Shown here: positions 8,859 through 16,881 of the stretch, piece by piece
How positions within the stretch are numbered: the first letter of the stretch is position 1
Layout of the letters: each line of letters opens with the position of its first letter
Virus record (IMG/VR): IMGVR_UViG_3300049844_000151
Location: 1-24,487 of that record
Length of the DNA: 24,487 bases
DNA from: a virus
Taxonomy: Duplodnaviria > Caudoviricetes
Direction: 5' to 3' (one strand)
The notes under the pieces: model-generated
Database searches by the model: none
Told to the model about the DNA's origin: nothing
What the model saw: only the letters and a program-made list of their open reading frames with translations
Program-made: the position numbers and the translations under genes

Positions 8859-10751
8859 ATGAAACTAAACCTCAAAGGCTGGCACAAGGTAAGCTCCGAT
8901 AAGGCGTACACCACCATGCGTGACCCCAAAGGTCATGAGATGCGGGTGTGCCATAAAGCCTTGTCCAGAGAGCATAAGGCCGCCTTAGATAAGCTCCCGG
9001 TGCAGATGGCTGAGGGGGGGCTAGTTAAGGGCGAAGCGCAACAGAGTGGTATGGAGGCCATTAAGAAGGAGCGCTACCCGCAGCGCTACCGCTCGATGGC
9101 TAAGGGCGGCTTGGTAGAGCACCTGGCTGATGGTGGCATGGCTGGCGAAGAAGAGCAGCAACTTGCATCTAATATGCCCCAAATGCCCTCAAGTGAGGAA
9201 CAAATCGACAGTATTAGGAGCATGGCGGAGTCCCGCGCCCTTAGCCCTGAGCAACAGCAAATCCAAAACCTGTACAATATCGACGTAGCCTCTAAGCATA
9301 TGGGCGACCCAGTGTCCCTACAGAAGGCCCAGATGGGCGTGCAGGCTGAGAAGCTCGCTGCCGCTGAGAAGCAACAGCGCGGCGCCCAGGACATCGCAGA
9401 GCAGAATGCGCTAAGAGCCCAGGTAGGTCTTGCACCGCTCCCTATCCCCCCCGAGTTGTCCCCTGCCGCTCTACAGCCCAGTGTAACCCCAGTGTCCGCT
9501 CAGATTGCCCAGGACGCCTCACCGGGTATGCCTCCTATGGCCGCCCAAGGTCCTATGCAAGGGCCAGCGCTGGAGCCTAAGGGACGTGAGAGGCTTATCT
9601 CTGGCATGGAGAACCAAGCGGCGGTGATGCAAGCGCAGGCTGAGCGTGACCAGCTGGTGCTTCAGAAGCAAGAGCAGGACATGCGCGCGGCGGAAGCTAA
9701 TTTCCGTAAGCAATACGATGATTTAGAGAAAGAGCGCGTAGCGCTTAAAGATAAGCTCCAGTCCAGTGAAGTTGACCCTAACCGCCTGATGGGCAACATG
9801 AATTTTGGTCAGCGTCTTGCTACCGCTGTTGGGATGATTATTGGCGGAGCCGGTGCCGGTATCCTACACCAAGAGAATCCGGTTGTGTCCATGATGAACA
9901 AAGCTATTAACGCGGACATTGAAGCCCAAAAGGCCAACCTGGGTAAGCAGGAAAACCTCCTGGCTATGAACCTGCGTCAATATGGCAATCTTAAGGACGC
10001 AGAGCAAGCCTCTAGGCTTATGGCCAATGACATGGTACTCAATAAGCTTAAGCAGTCCCTTGCTATGGCCCAAGGCCCACAAGCGCAGGCGCAGCTTCAG
10101 CAAGAGATTGCTAAGCTAGAGATGCAACAAGACTTAACAAAGCAGAAATTTTTACTTGATACATCGGTGCGCACCACGGTGGAGCAGGACCCCTCTAGCT
10201 TTGACACGGTTGAGCAACAGATGCGCCTAGTGGACCCTAAGCGGGCAGATGATCTAAGAGCGCGCTTTGTACCTGGCATGGGTATAGCCAGTGCTCCTGA
10301 GGACGCCAAGGCGCTTAAAGAGATGCGCGGCGCAACTGAGGCTACTTTAAACGGCATTAGGAAGCTTAAGGACATTATTGCACGCCCTGGCAAGAGCTTA
10401 AGCCCTGCCGCTATGGCGGAGGCAGAAGCCATTAGAGGGCAGCTCACCGGCTCCCTCCGTACCGCTCTCGGCCTCGGTGTCATGAATAAGAGTGACTTTG
10501 AGTTGATTGACCGGATGATACCGGACCCTACGGCCATGTTGTCCTTAGACTCCAGTAACTTAGCGCGTTTGAAGGCTGTCACGGCGCGCATGAATGACTC
10601 TCTCGCCTCTGCTGCTACCGCTCGGGGTATTAATGGCTATAGTCCAATTAAAGCCTTGACTCCTGAGATGAAACAGTGGTATGATTGGGCTAAGAGACAT
10701 CCTGCCGACCCAAGAGCGCAGCAATTCTTAAGCAAATACGACCTAGATTAA
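8859..10751 (+). CDS. Internal virion/ejection protein 2
   Basis: 630 aa, helical and Q/A/M-rich with coiled coil and one Gly-rich hydrophobic segment (LATAVGMIIGGAGAGIL); middle of the three-gene ejection block. Confidence 0.65.
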   Translation: MKLNLKGWHKVSSDKAYTTMRDPKGHEMRVCHKALSREHKAALDKLPVQMAEGGLVKGEAQQSGMEAIKKERYPQRYRSMAKGGLVEHLADGGMAGEEEQQLASNMPQMPSSEEQIDSIRSMAESRALSPEQQQIQNLYNIDVASKHMGDPVSLQKAQMGVQAEKLAAAEKQQRGAQDIAEQNALRAQVGLAPLPIPPELSPAALQPSVTPVSAQIAQDASPGMPPMAAQGPMQGPALEPKGRERLISGMENQAAVMQAQAERDQLVLQKQEQDMRAAEANFRKQYDDLEKERVALKDKLQSSEVDPNRLMGNMNFGQRLATAVGMIIGGAGAGILHQENPVVSMMNKAINADIEAQKANLGKQENLLAMNLRQYGNLKDAEQASRLMANDMVLNKLKQSLAMAQGPQAQAQLQQEIAKLEMQQDLTKQKFLLDTSVRTTVEQDPSSFDTVEQQMRLVDPKRADDLRARFVPGMGIASAPEDAKALKEMRGATEATLNGIRKLKDIIARPGKSLSPAAMAEAEAIRGQLTGSLRTALGLGVMNKSDFELIDRMIPDPTAMLSLDSSNLARLKAVTARMNDSLASAATARGINGYSPIKALTPEMKQWYDWAKRHPADPRAQQFLSKYDLD

Positions 10752-10763
10752 TCGGAGTGTATC

Positions 10764-13700
10764 ATGGCTGAAGGCCCAAAGCGTTTTGACTCCCAACTTG
10801 GAGCTAAAACAGCCGCATTTATTGACGCCGTAACTGGCATGAAAAAGACCGATGGCGACGCCATCACTCAGTCTTTTGACCCTATGGACGTGCTGCCGGT
10901 AGAGCGAGGGGCTAAGCTCCTAACCGGCGTAGCTAAGGGCGCTGCCGCTCGGATGCGCAAGGCTTCCCTTAACCTGCCTTCTAAGTTTTCGGTGTTCACT
11001 GCGGATAACCCGGCGGCTAAGATGCTTAGCGCTGAGGAAAACCTAGCGCGTAAAGCTCAGCTTGTTCGGGAGCTGGAAGAGCGGGGCATCCCTTATCGAG
11101 AGGCTAAAGGCCAATACTCTGAGTCCTTTGACAACCCCGAAAACTCTATCCTAATCCCCCACGGTGAGGGTGTGGATGAGAGTGTGGTTAATGAGCTTGG
11201 TAAAAAGTACGGGCAGGAGTCCGTAGTCCACCACGCCGATGGTAAGAATAAGCTCCAGTACGTCACTGGCGAGAAAGCCGGGCACTACAATGTAGGCGAG
11301 GGTGTCACTATTGCCCCTAACGCTAAGAACTACTATACTGAGCTAGACGGCAATAGGTTTAACCTAGGGCTGGAGTTTGATACGCTCCACCCGCCTAAGG
11401 CCCCTGAGAGCACTATCCGGGTCTCTGATAAGCTATCAGACCTCACCGGGCAAGGAGAGGAGCTGCTCCAGCGTCAAGATGGTACGGTAGCAGCTAAGTT
11501 TTATGACGGTAACGTCATGAAGCCTGCCCCTGTAGCTAACGCGGCGGACCCTACGCTAATCACTGCTCCTAAAGAGCAGCTTGTCCACTACTCCAAACAC
11601 CCCGGTGAAATCAAAGAGCTTGACCCGGCTTATATGGGCACTGGTAGCGCAGGTAAAGAGATGCAGCGCGGTGTCCCTATCCAGCCCCGCACCAGCTATT
11701 ATAAGGCTGGCACTGCGCCTGAGTCTGTTGTAGCGGACCCAGCCGTCAATGTCCATTATGTAGACGCTCCCTCACCTGAGCAGATTGTAGACCTCTCTGA
11801 CCCTAGGCTCCGGGTGGAAGGCGCGTGGAATGACGCTACCGACCTGGAAAACCGCGCTAAGGAGCTAGGCTTTAAGGGCTTCACTAATAAAGACGGCCCG
11901 CTGCCAAACGCCGTTAACCTCCTTGAGAAAACCCCGGTGACTAAGTCTATGCCTATTGACCGTGACAAACTCAAAAAGGGCGAGTGGTACGCGGCGGGAG
12001 GCATGGTAGCGGGCGGCGCCGTGCCTATGGCAGATGGCGGCATGACGCAGGCACCTATGCTCCAAATGCCGCCAGGCTCTACGCCCCCTCCTCCTGGCCT
12101 GGTAGAGGACTTGATGGGCCTGACACCCGCCCAACAGCCCTCCAGTGACCCGCTCGCTAACACCCCTCCCCCTCCTGGCTTAGAGGCAGCTATTGCCCCG
12201 CAGATGCTCCAAGCTGAGTACGGCACCCCAGGCCAACAGCTCCTAGCTGGCGTTGAAGGCATAGGACAAGGGCTTGCAGGCCCGGTGTTCACTGCCGCTG
12301 AGCTGGCTACCGGCCTCACCACACCAGAAGCCATGAGGAAGCGCGAGCAGGCCAATCCTGGCACATCTATGGGCTCCCAGGCCCTAGGCTTCATCGGCCC
12401 TGCCGTCGCCTCTGGAGGCGCTACAGCGCTTGGTAGGGCTGGTGTCGCAGGCGCCGCTAAGATCGCCCCCACCCTCGGTAAGATTGCCGGAGCTACCCAG
12501 CTTGGCCTCCTTGAGCGCGGCGGCGAGATGGCCGCTAGCCAAATCTCCAATAAGCTAGCTAAAGACTTTGTTAAGGAAGCGTTTATCGGCGGCCTATTCC
12601 TAGGCGGCGAGGAGCTTAACCGAGCCTTTAAGGAAGACCCAGAGCAACCAGCGGGCAGCGCTATCGCTCATATCGGCCTTGCTTCTGTCGCCTCCGGTGT
12701 CTTTGGCGCAGGTATTGGCGCGGCTATGCGCGGGTTGAAGGGCGGAGTGGCTGAGGCTCCTAAGATGGCAGCCCCCCTGGTCTCCCAAGCGGACGCCCCG
12801 CTCATGGAGCGTGGGGATTTGGCCACTCTAGTTAAGCATGATGCCTCCTTCACCGCTAAGGAAAAAGAAGGTATTCTTTCTCAGCTTAAAAATTACCTCA
12901 CAAAAAGAAAGCCTAACGCGGACTCTATTGAGCGGGTAGCCAAAGAAAATGACCTTCCGGTGCTAGAAGGGATGGTTTTAGGGGCTGAAATAATCCAGCG
13001 CGGGGAGGATACCCTTCTTACGGGCGGCAATACCTTTAGCGCTAACCGCCGCACAATGCTCTACGACGAGGCGCATAAAAAAGCTCAGTCTATCCTAGAC
13101 GCTGCCACGGGGGCAGAGAGCGCTTTGAGCAAGGCGCAGGTAGGCGAGATTGTCGGGACTGGGCTAACAGCTAAAATTAAAGAAGAGGGCGCGGTTAGCT
13201 CTCGTATGTTTAACGCCATTAAGCAACGCACAGATATTATCCCTGTTGATGAGCTATCTATCCCTTTCATTAAGGCGGAGCTATCTAAAATCCCCGAGTA
13301 CCGGGTGTCCCCTAGCTCGCCGCAAGGACAGCTTGGCAAGCGCATCTTGAATGACCTCGAAAACGTCAAGACCGTGGACGACCTCAAGGTGCTCAAGTCC
13401 TCTATCCATGACTCCCTCCCCGCTACCGCTAGCCCCGGTGAGCGCCGTATGGCCGCTATCCTAGGCGACAATTTAAAGAAGCTGGAAGAAGATAGCATCA
13501 TCCAGCACGCGCTACGCACCGCTAGGACGCCTGAGGAGCTGGCAGAGGCACAGGCGCTCCCGGCAGCGCTTAAGGCCGCTAGGGACACGTATAGGCCCTA
13601 TATCCAAAAAATAGAGAAGCTCGCTAAGCAGCTCGGCAAGAGCCGGGTGCACGGTGCCCAGGACGCAATCAACTTCATTGACAACCTGGATTATGAGCAG

Positions 13701-14852
13701 CTCTCCTCCCGCCTATTCAATAAGAATAAGAGCGAGTTTATCGGCTGGTTTGCCAAAGAGTTTCCTGAGGAGATGCAGGTACTTAGACAATATGAGAAGG
13801 GCAAGCTAAGAGAAGCAGGGATGCGCCAGGGTGAGTTTAGCCCCCTGACCTATTTTAACGCTTATAATAAGCTAGAGCCTGAAATCCAAGCGTCTCTGTT
13901 TAGCAAAGCAGAAATGAAAAAGATTGCGGACATGGAGGAGTACCTACGCTCCTTCCCTAAGCGCTTCAACCCTTCAGGCACCGCCGCTGCTATCAACCTA
14001 CGCCAAAGCTTCCAGCCTAAGGCACTGGGCTTGATTAACGCTCAGGACTTCGCTATTGAGAAGTTTATCAAGATGGCCGGTGCCTCTCCCGAAGCGGCCA
14101 ACGCTGCCGCTTTAGGCAAGGCTACCGCAGCGGGGCAGAAGCTCATGGAGCGCAGTGTAGCCGCCGTTATGGACGGCAGTAAGAAGCTCCCTGCCGCTAT
14201 CATCCCTATCGCCGCTCACCGCGATAAGCTTGCCCGGATTGTGCTAGACTACCAAGCTCACCCGGAAAAAATGTTAGCTGCCAATGACAATAACCCAGTC
14301 CCAGAGTACCAACAGAGCTTCGCTGCTACCACCCAGCGGGCGGTGATGTACTTAAACTCTGTCCGCCCTAACAATGAGCCTCAGTCCCCCCTTGACCCTA
14401 AGATGCCGCTCAATGACGTGCAGAAGGACGATTATGACCGGGCGCTCCAGATTGCCGAACAGCCGCTAGCTATCCTAGGCCATATGGCTAATGGCACCAT
14501 GACGCCTAAGGACGTGCAAGCGCTCCAGGCTATCCACCCGAACGTCTATAAGGCTCTGGCGGAGCGTATGATTGCAGGGATTATGGAGAAGCAACAAAAG
14601 AAGCAGGAAATCCCGTACACCGCGCGGATGCAGATGTCCATGTTTTTGAGCACGCCTCTGGACAGCACGATGCGTCCTATGTCTATCATGGGTGCGCAGA
14701 TGAAGTCTGGTAGAAACGAGCCTGAGACCCCCCAAATGCCCGCTCAGGGTGGTAAAAAACTTACCGCCGCTTCGGCCAATGGCTTAAGTAAGATGTCTAA
14801 GAGCTACCAGACCGCCATACAGGCTAGGGAGTCTGCACGGGGTGGTAAATAG
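10764..14852 (+). CDS. Large internal virion/ejection protein 3 with N-terminal DUF3293-like and ADP-ribosyltransferase-like modules
   Basis: GGAG SD; 1362 aa. Motifs TADNP..EEN..L...L..RG..G.Y..PENS.LI..LGKKYGQESVV and LVHYS..LDP.Y.GTG..G.E; then PPPPG repeats, Gly/Ala-rich hydrophobic segments and a long helical C-half. Confidence 0.7.
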   Translation: MAEGPKRFDSQLGAKTAAFIDAVTGMKKTDGDAITQSFDPMDVLPVERGAKLLTGVAKGAAARMRKASLNLPSKFSVFTADNPAAKMLSAEENLARKAQLVRELEERGIPYREAKGQYSESFDNPENSILIPHGEGVDESVVNELGKKYGQESVVHHADGKNKLQYVTGEKAGHYNVGEGVTIAPNAKNYYTELDGNRFNLGLEFDTLHPPKAPESTIRVSDKLSDLTGQGEELLQRQDGTVAAKFYDGNVMKPAPVANAADPTLITAPKEQLVHYSKHPGEIKELDPAYMGTGSAGKEMQRGVPIQPRTSYYKAGTAPESVVADPAVNVHYVDAPSPEQIVDLSDPRLRVEGAWNDATDLENRAKELGFKGFTNKDGPLPNAVNLLEKTPVTKSMPIDRDKLKKGEWYAAGGMVAGGAVPMADGGMTQAPMLQMPPGSTPPPPGLVEDLMGLTPAQQPSSDPLANTPPPPGLEAAIAPQMLQAEYGTPGQQLLAGVEGIGQGLAGPVFTAAELATGLTTPEAMRKREQANPGTSMGSQALGFIGPAVASGGATALGRAGVAGAAKIAPTLGKIAGATQLGLLERGGEMAASQISNKLAKDFVKEAFIGGLFLGGEELNRAFKEDPEQPAGSAIAHIGLASVASGVFGAGIGAAMRGLKGGVAEAPKMAAPLVSQADAPLMERGDLATLVKHDASFTAKEKEGILSQLKNYLTKRKPNADSIERVAKENDLPVLEGMVLGAEIIQRGEDTLLTGGNTFSANRRTMLYDEAHKKAQSILDAATGAESALSKAQVGEIVGTGLTAKIKEEGAVSSRMFNAIKQRTDIIPVDELSIPFIKAELSKIPEYRVSPSSPQGQLGKRILNDLENVKTVDDLKVLKSSIHDSLPATASPGERRMAAILGDNLKKLEEDSIIQHALRTARTPEELAEAQALPAALKAARDTYRPYIQKIEKLAKQLGKSRVHGAQDAINFIDNLDYEQLSSRLFNKNKSEFIGWFAKEFPEEMQVLRQYEKGKLREAGMRQGEFSPLTYFNAYNKLEPEIQASLFSKAEMKKIADMEEYLRSFPKRFNPSGTAAAINLRQSFQPKALGLINAQDFAIEKFIKMAGASPEAANAAALGKATAAGQKLMERSVAAVMDGSKKLPAAIIPIAAHRDKLARIVLDYQAHPEKMLAANDNNPVPEYQQSFAATTQRAVMYLNSVRPNNEPQSPLDPKMPLNDVQKDDYDRALQIAEQPLAILGHMANGTMTPKDVQALQAIHPNVYKALAERMIAGIMEKQQKKQEIPYTARMQMSMFLSTPLDSTMRPMSIMGAQMKSGRNEPETPQMPAQGGKKLTAASANGLSKMSKSYQTAIQARESARGGK

Positions 14853-15201
14853 TAAAGTACTGAGCGAAGTCTTTTGTAGGGATTTCCCAGGTGCGGGTAA
14901 AGCCTGCCTGCACTGGGAGCTTCACCACCCTACGCGCCAGGTCAATGTCTAGGATTTCTACAGGGGTGAAGTAGCCGTAGTGGTCGCTTACCACCTTAGT
15001 GCCTACCCCTGCCGTGCCACCGTTCATAACCAGGAAAGTACCGTAAGTTGGGGGCTCCTCCAAGATGCGGAGCGCCGTTGCCGTCATTGCAGGTTGAAGC
15101 TCCGACAGCTCCTTTTTACAGGTGCGGCAGTAGTGATACTCCGGGCCGAAGTTTGTAGCTTGAGTAAGCACCATTTCATTTGAGCAATTTGGGCAGTTCA
15201 T
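14824..15201 (-). CDS. Zinc-ribbon protein
   Basis: N-terminal CPNC-x18-CRTC; start overlaps the upstream stop. Confidence 0.6.
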   Translation of the reverse strand: MNCPNCSNEMVLTQATNFGPEYHYCRTCKKELSELQPAMTATALRILEEPPTYGTFLVMNGGTAGVGTKVVSDHYGYFTPVEILDIDLARRVVKLPVQAGFTRTWEIPTKDFAQYFTIYHPVQTP

Positions 15202-15392
15202 TAGTCCACCAGCTTTTGTTGTTTAGCGCAAGTCCAAAGGGTTGAGTCCTGCGCAAGCCGCCCTAGCTGTTTTTCTACACAGCTAATCATCTGCGCTCGG
15301 CAGGCGTTAACTTGCTCCGCGTTAGCCCGGCTATACGTGCTCATCCCGCACCACGCGGAGATTACCATTAACGCCTCTGCAATAGTGCTCAT
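15201..15392 (-). CDS. Small four-cysteine protein
   Basis: 63 aa; ATGA overlap with the ATPase stop; C15, C31, C38, C55. Confidence 0.6.
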   Translation of the reverse strand: MSTIAEALMVISAWCGMSTYSRANAEQVNACRAQMISCVEKQLGRLAQDSTLWTCAKQQKLVD

Positions 15393-16354
15393 AGCTCACC
15401 ATCCCCATCATCATCTGATTTAAGGTCAATGTGGTTATACCGGGGGGCTGGCTGGGAAGGCCACGTGAGGCGCCCGCCGCGAGAGCGGACCCCTACACCC
15501 TCCTCATCCCCTTCTTCTTCATCCTGGCCCCCGGCGCTCTTAAGCTGCTTCAGCCGCGTTAGCACGGCATCCAGGGGGTTTCGGAGCAAATCCACTGCCT
15601 GCACCACTTCCTTAAGCTCATCAATGGACAGCCCCTTAGTCGCGGCAACACGGCTTGCAACATCCACCGAGTGGATGCCAAGCCGGGCATACTTGTGCTC
15701 CAGGTACATGCGCCGGGCTTCCGCGTGAGGGTACTTGACCTCAATGACAGAGGACATGCGCCCAGGGCGGTAGATGCGCTTAGGGATGCGGTTTAGGTAG
15801 TTGGTAGTAGCCAGGTAAATGACGTTATTCTTCTGCACCTGGCCGTCAAGGAGCGTGAGAAGCTCAGACTCATGCTTCTGCACAATGCCGTCAAACTCCT
15901 CAAAGATTACCCCGGTGAGGATGTTAGGCTGGATGTCCTCTAGAGCGCTAAACGCGGCAGCTAGAAGCGCAGGCTCCGTAACCCAGAGGCAGATGCCCCC
16001 AGCCTTGATGATGTCCCGAGCTACGCGGTTAGTGATAACCGTCTTGCCGGTGCCAGGGAGCCCATGGAGGAGGGCGGAGCGCTTATAGACATAGCCACCC
16101 TTGTCAAATAGCTCCTTGACTTCGGGGCGCATAAAGTAGAGCATCTCCTTGGTAATCTGGTCATACTCAGGGCTTGGGAGGTCAAGGATATCATCAGATA
16201 CAATATCCTTGGACTCAAACCAAAAGATACCCTGTTGTGGGTCAAACTTGAGGATATAAGAGCCTGGAGGGAGGCGAGGAGCGCTGCTCCCACCGTCAAA
16301 GTTGGGGAGGTACTTATTGCCGACATTGCTAAAGTCTCGGTAATTCTTTTTCAT
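15389..16354 (-). CDS. AAA+ ATPase (classic AAA clade-like)
   Basis: Walker A LLHGLPGTGKT, Walker B VIFEEFD, LLTLLDG, sensor ATTN, arginine-finger RPGR; start ATG16354 with AGGAG SD; acidic C-tail. Confidence 0.9.
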   Translation of the reverse strand: MKKNYRDFSNVGNKYLPNFDGGSSAPRLPPGSYILKFDPQQGIFWFESKDIVSDDILDLPSPEYDQITKEMLYFMRPEVKELFDKGGYVYKRSALLHGLPGTGKTVITNRVARDIIKAGGICLWVTEPALLAAAFSALEDIQPNILTGVIFEEFDGIVQKHESELLTLLDGQVQKNNVIYLATTNYLNRIPKRIYRPGRMSSVIEVKYPHAEARRMYLEHKYARLGIHSVDVASRVAATKGLSIDELKEVVQAVDLLRNPLDAVLTRLKQLKSAGGQDEEEGDEEGVGVRSRGGRLTWPSQPAPRYNHIDLKSDDDGDGEL

Positions 16355-16374
16355 TATTTTTGCTCCTAGGACAG

Positions 16375-16404
16375 AATATAGCATAGTCTAATCCCCCGTT
16401 GCAA
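16375..16404 (-). promoter_or_regulatory. Putative sigma70 promoter driving island 3
   Basis: Minus strand TTGCAA-N18-TATATT with TGn extended -10, 20 nt upstream of ATG16354. Confidence 0.55.
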
Positions 16405-16454
16405 CAATAATAAAACGTAGTAATTTCAACTACTCCCCCCAAAAATGCATTTTT
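16400..16454. repeat. 54-bp intergenic element, copy 2
   Basis: Ungapped match to 6653-6706; perfect 14-bp palindrome AAAAATGCATTTTT at 16441-16454. Confidence 0.8.
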
Positions 16455-16496
16455 ACTAGCTAGGGACACCCCTATCTAATCCTACCCGGAGGGCTT

Positions 16497-16877
16497 ATGT
16501 CTCGTAAAAATGTCTTAAAAACCAAAATCTTAGACTCTCAGAGCTTGGCGGCGAGCTTTATTAGCCCCCCAACGCTCATCCCCTACCTAGACAACATCTC
16601 CTACCAGATTAACGTCACCACTACCGACTCGATTGGTACGTTTAAGGTACAGGCGTCAAACGATTACGAGAACGTAAACACCCTCCAGCCTGCCAACGCA
16701 GGTACCTGGGTAGACTTGGACATCGGCGGCACCCCCTCGGTGAACACCGCTAATGACTCTATCCTGATTGACCTAAACCAGCTCCCATTTACCGCCGTGC
16801 GCCTTGTATATACGTCTAGCACCCCCGGCACGGGTACGTGTGATGCCTTCATCATTGCCCGTCAAATAGGAGGATAA
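16497..16877 (+). CDS. Small beta-rich virion protein
   Basis: GGAGG SD; 126 aa with beta-sandwich-like pattern (GTFKVQASND..W..L..VRLVYT..GTGT); heads the fibre gene cluster. Confidence 0.6.
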   Translation: MSRKNVLKTKILDSQSLAASFISPPTLIPYLDNISYQINVTTTDSIGTFKVQASNDYENVNTLQPANAGTWVDLDIGGTPSVNTANDSILIDLNQLPFTAVRLVYTSSTPGTGTCDAFIIARQIGG

Positions 16878-16881
16878 CCAG

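Noticed and set aside
11756-12550. Long antisense ORFs (264 aa here; also 10097-10591, 13085-13588, 6210-6662 and others)
   Set aside because: Shadows of real genes with no motifs or SD.
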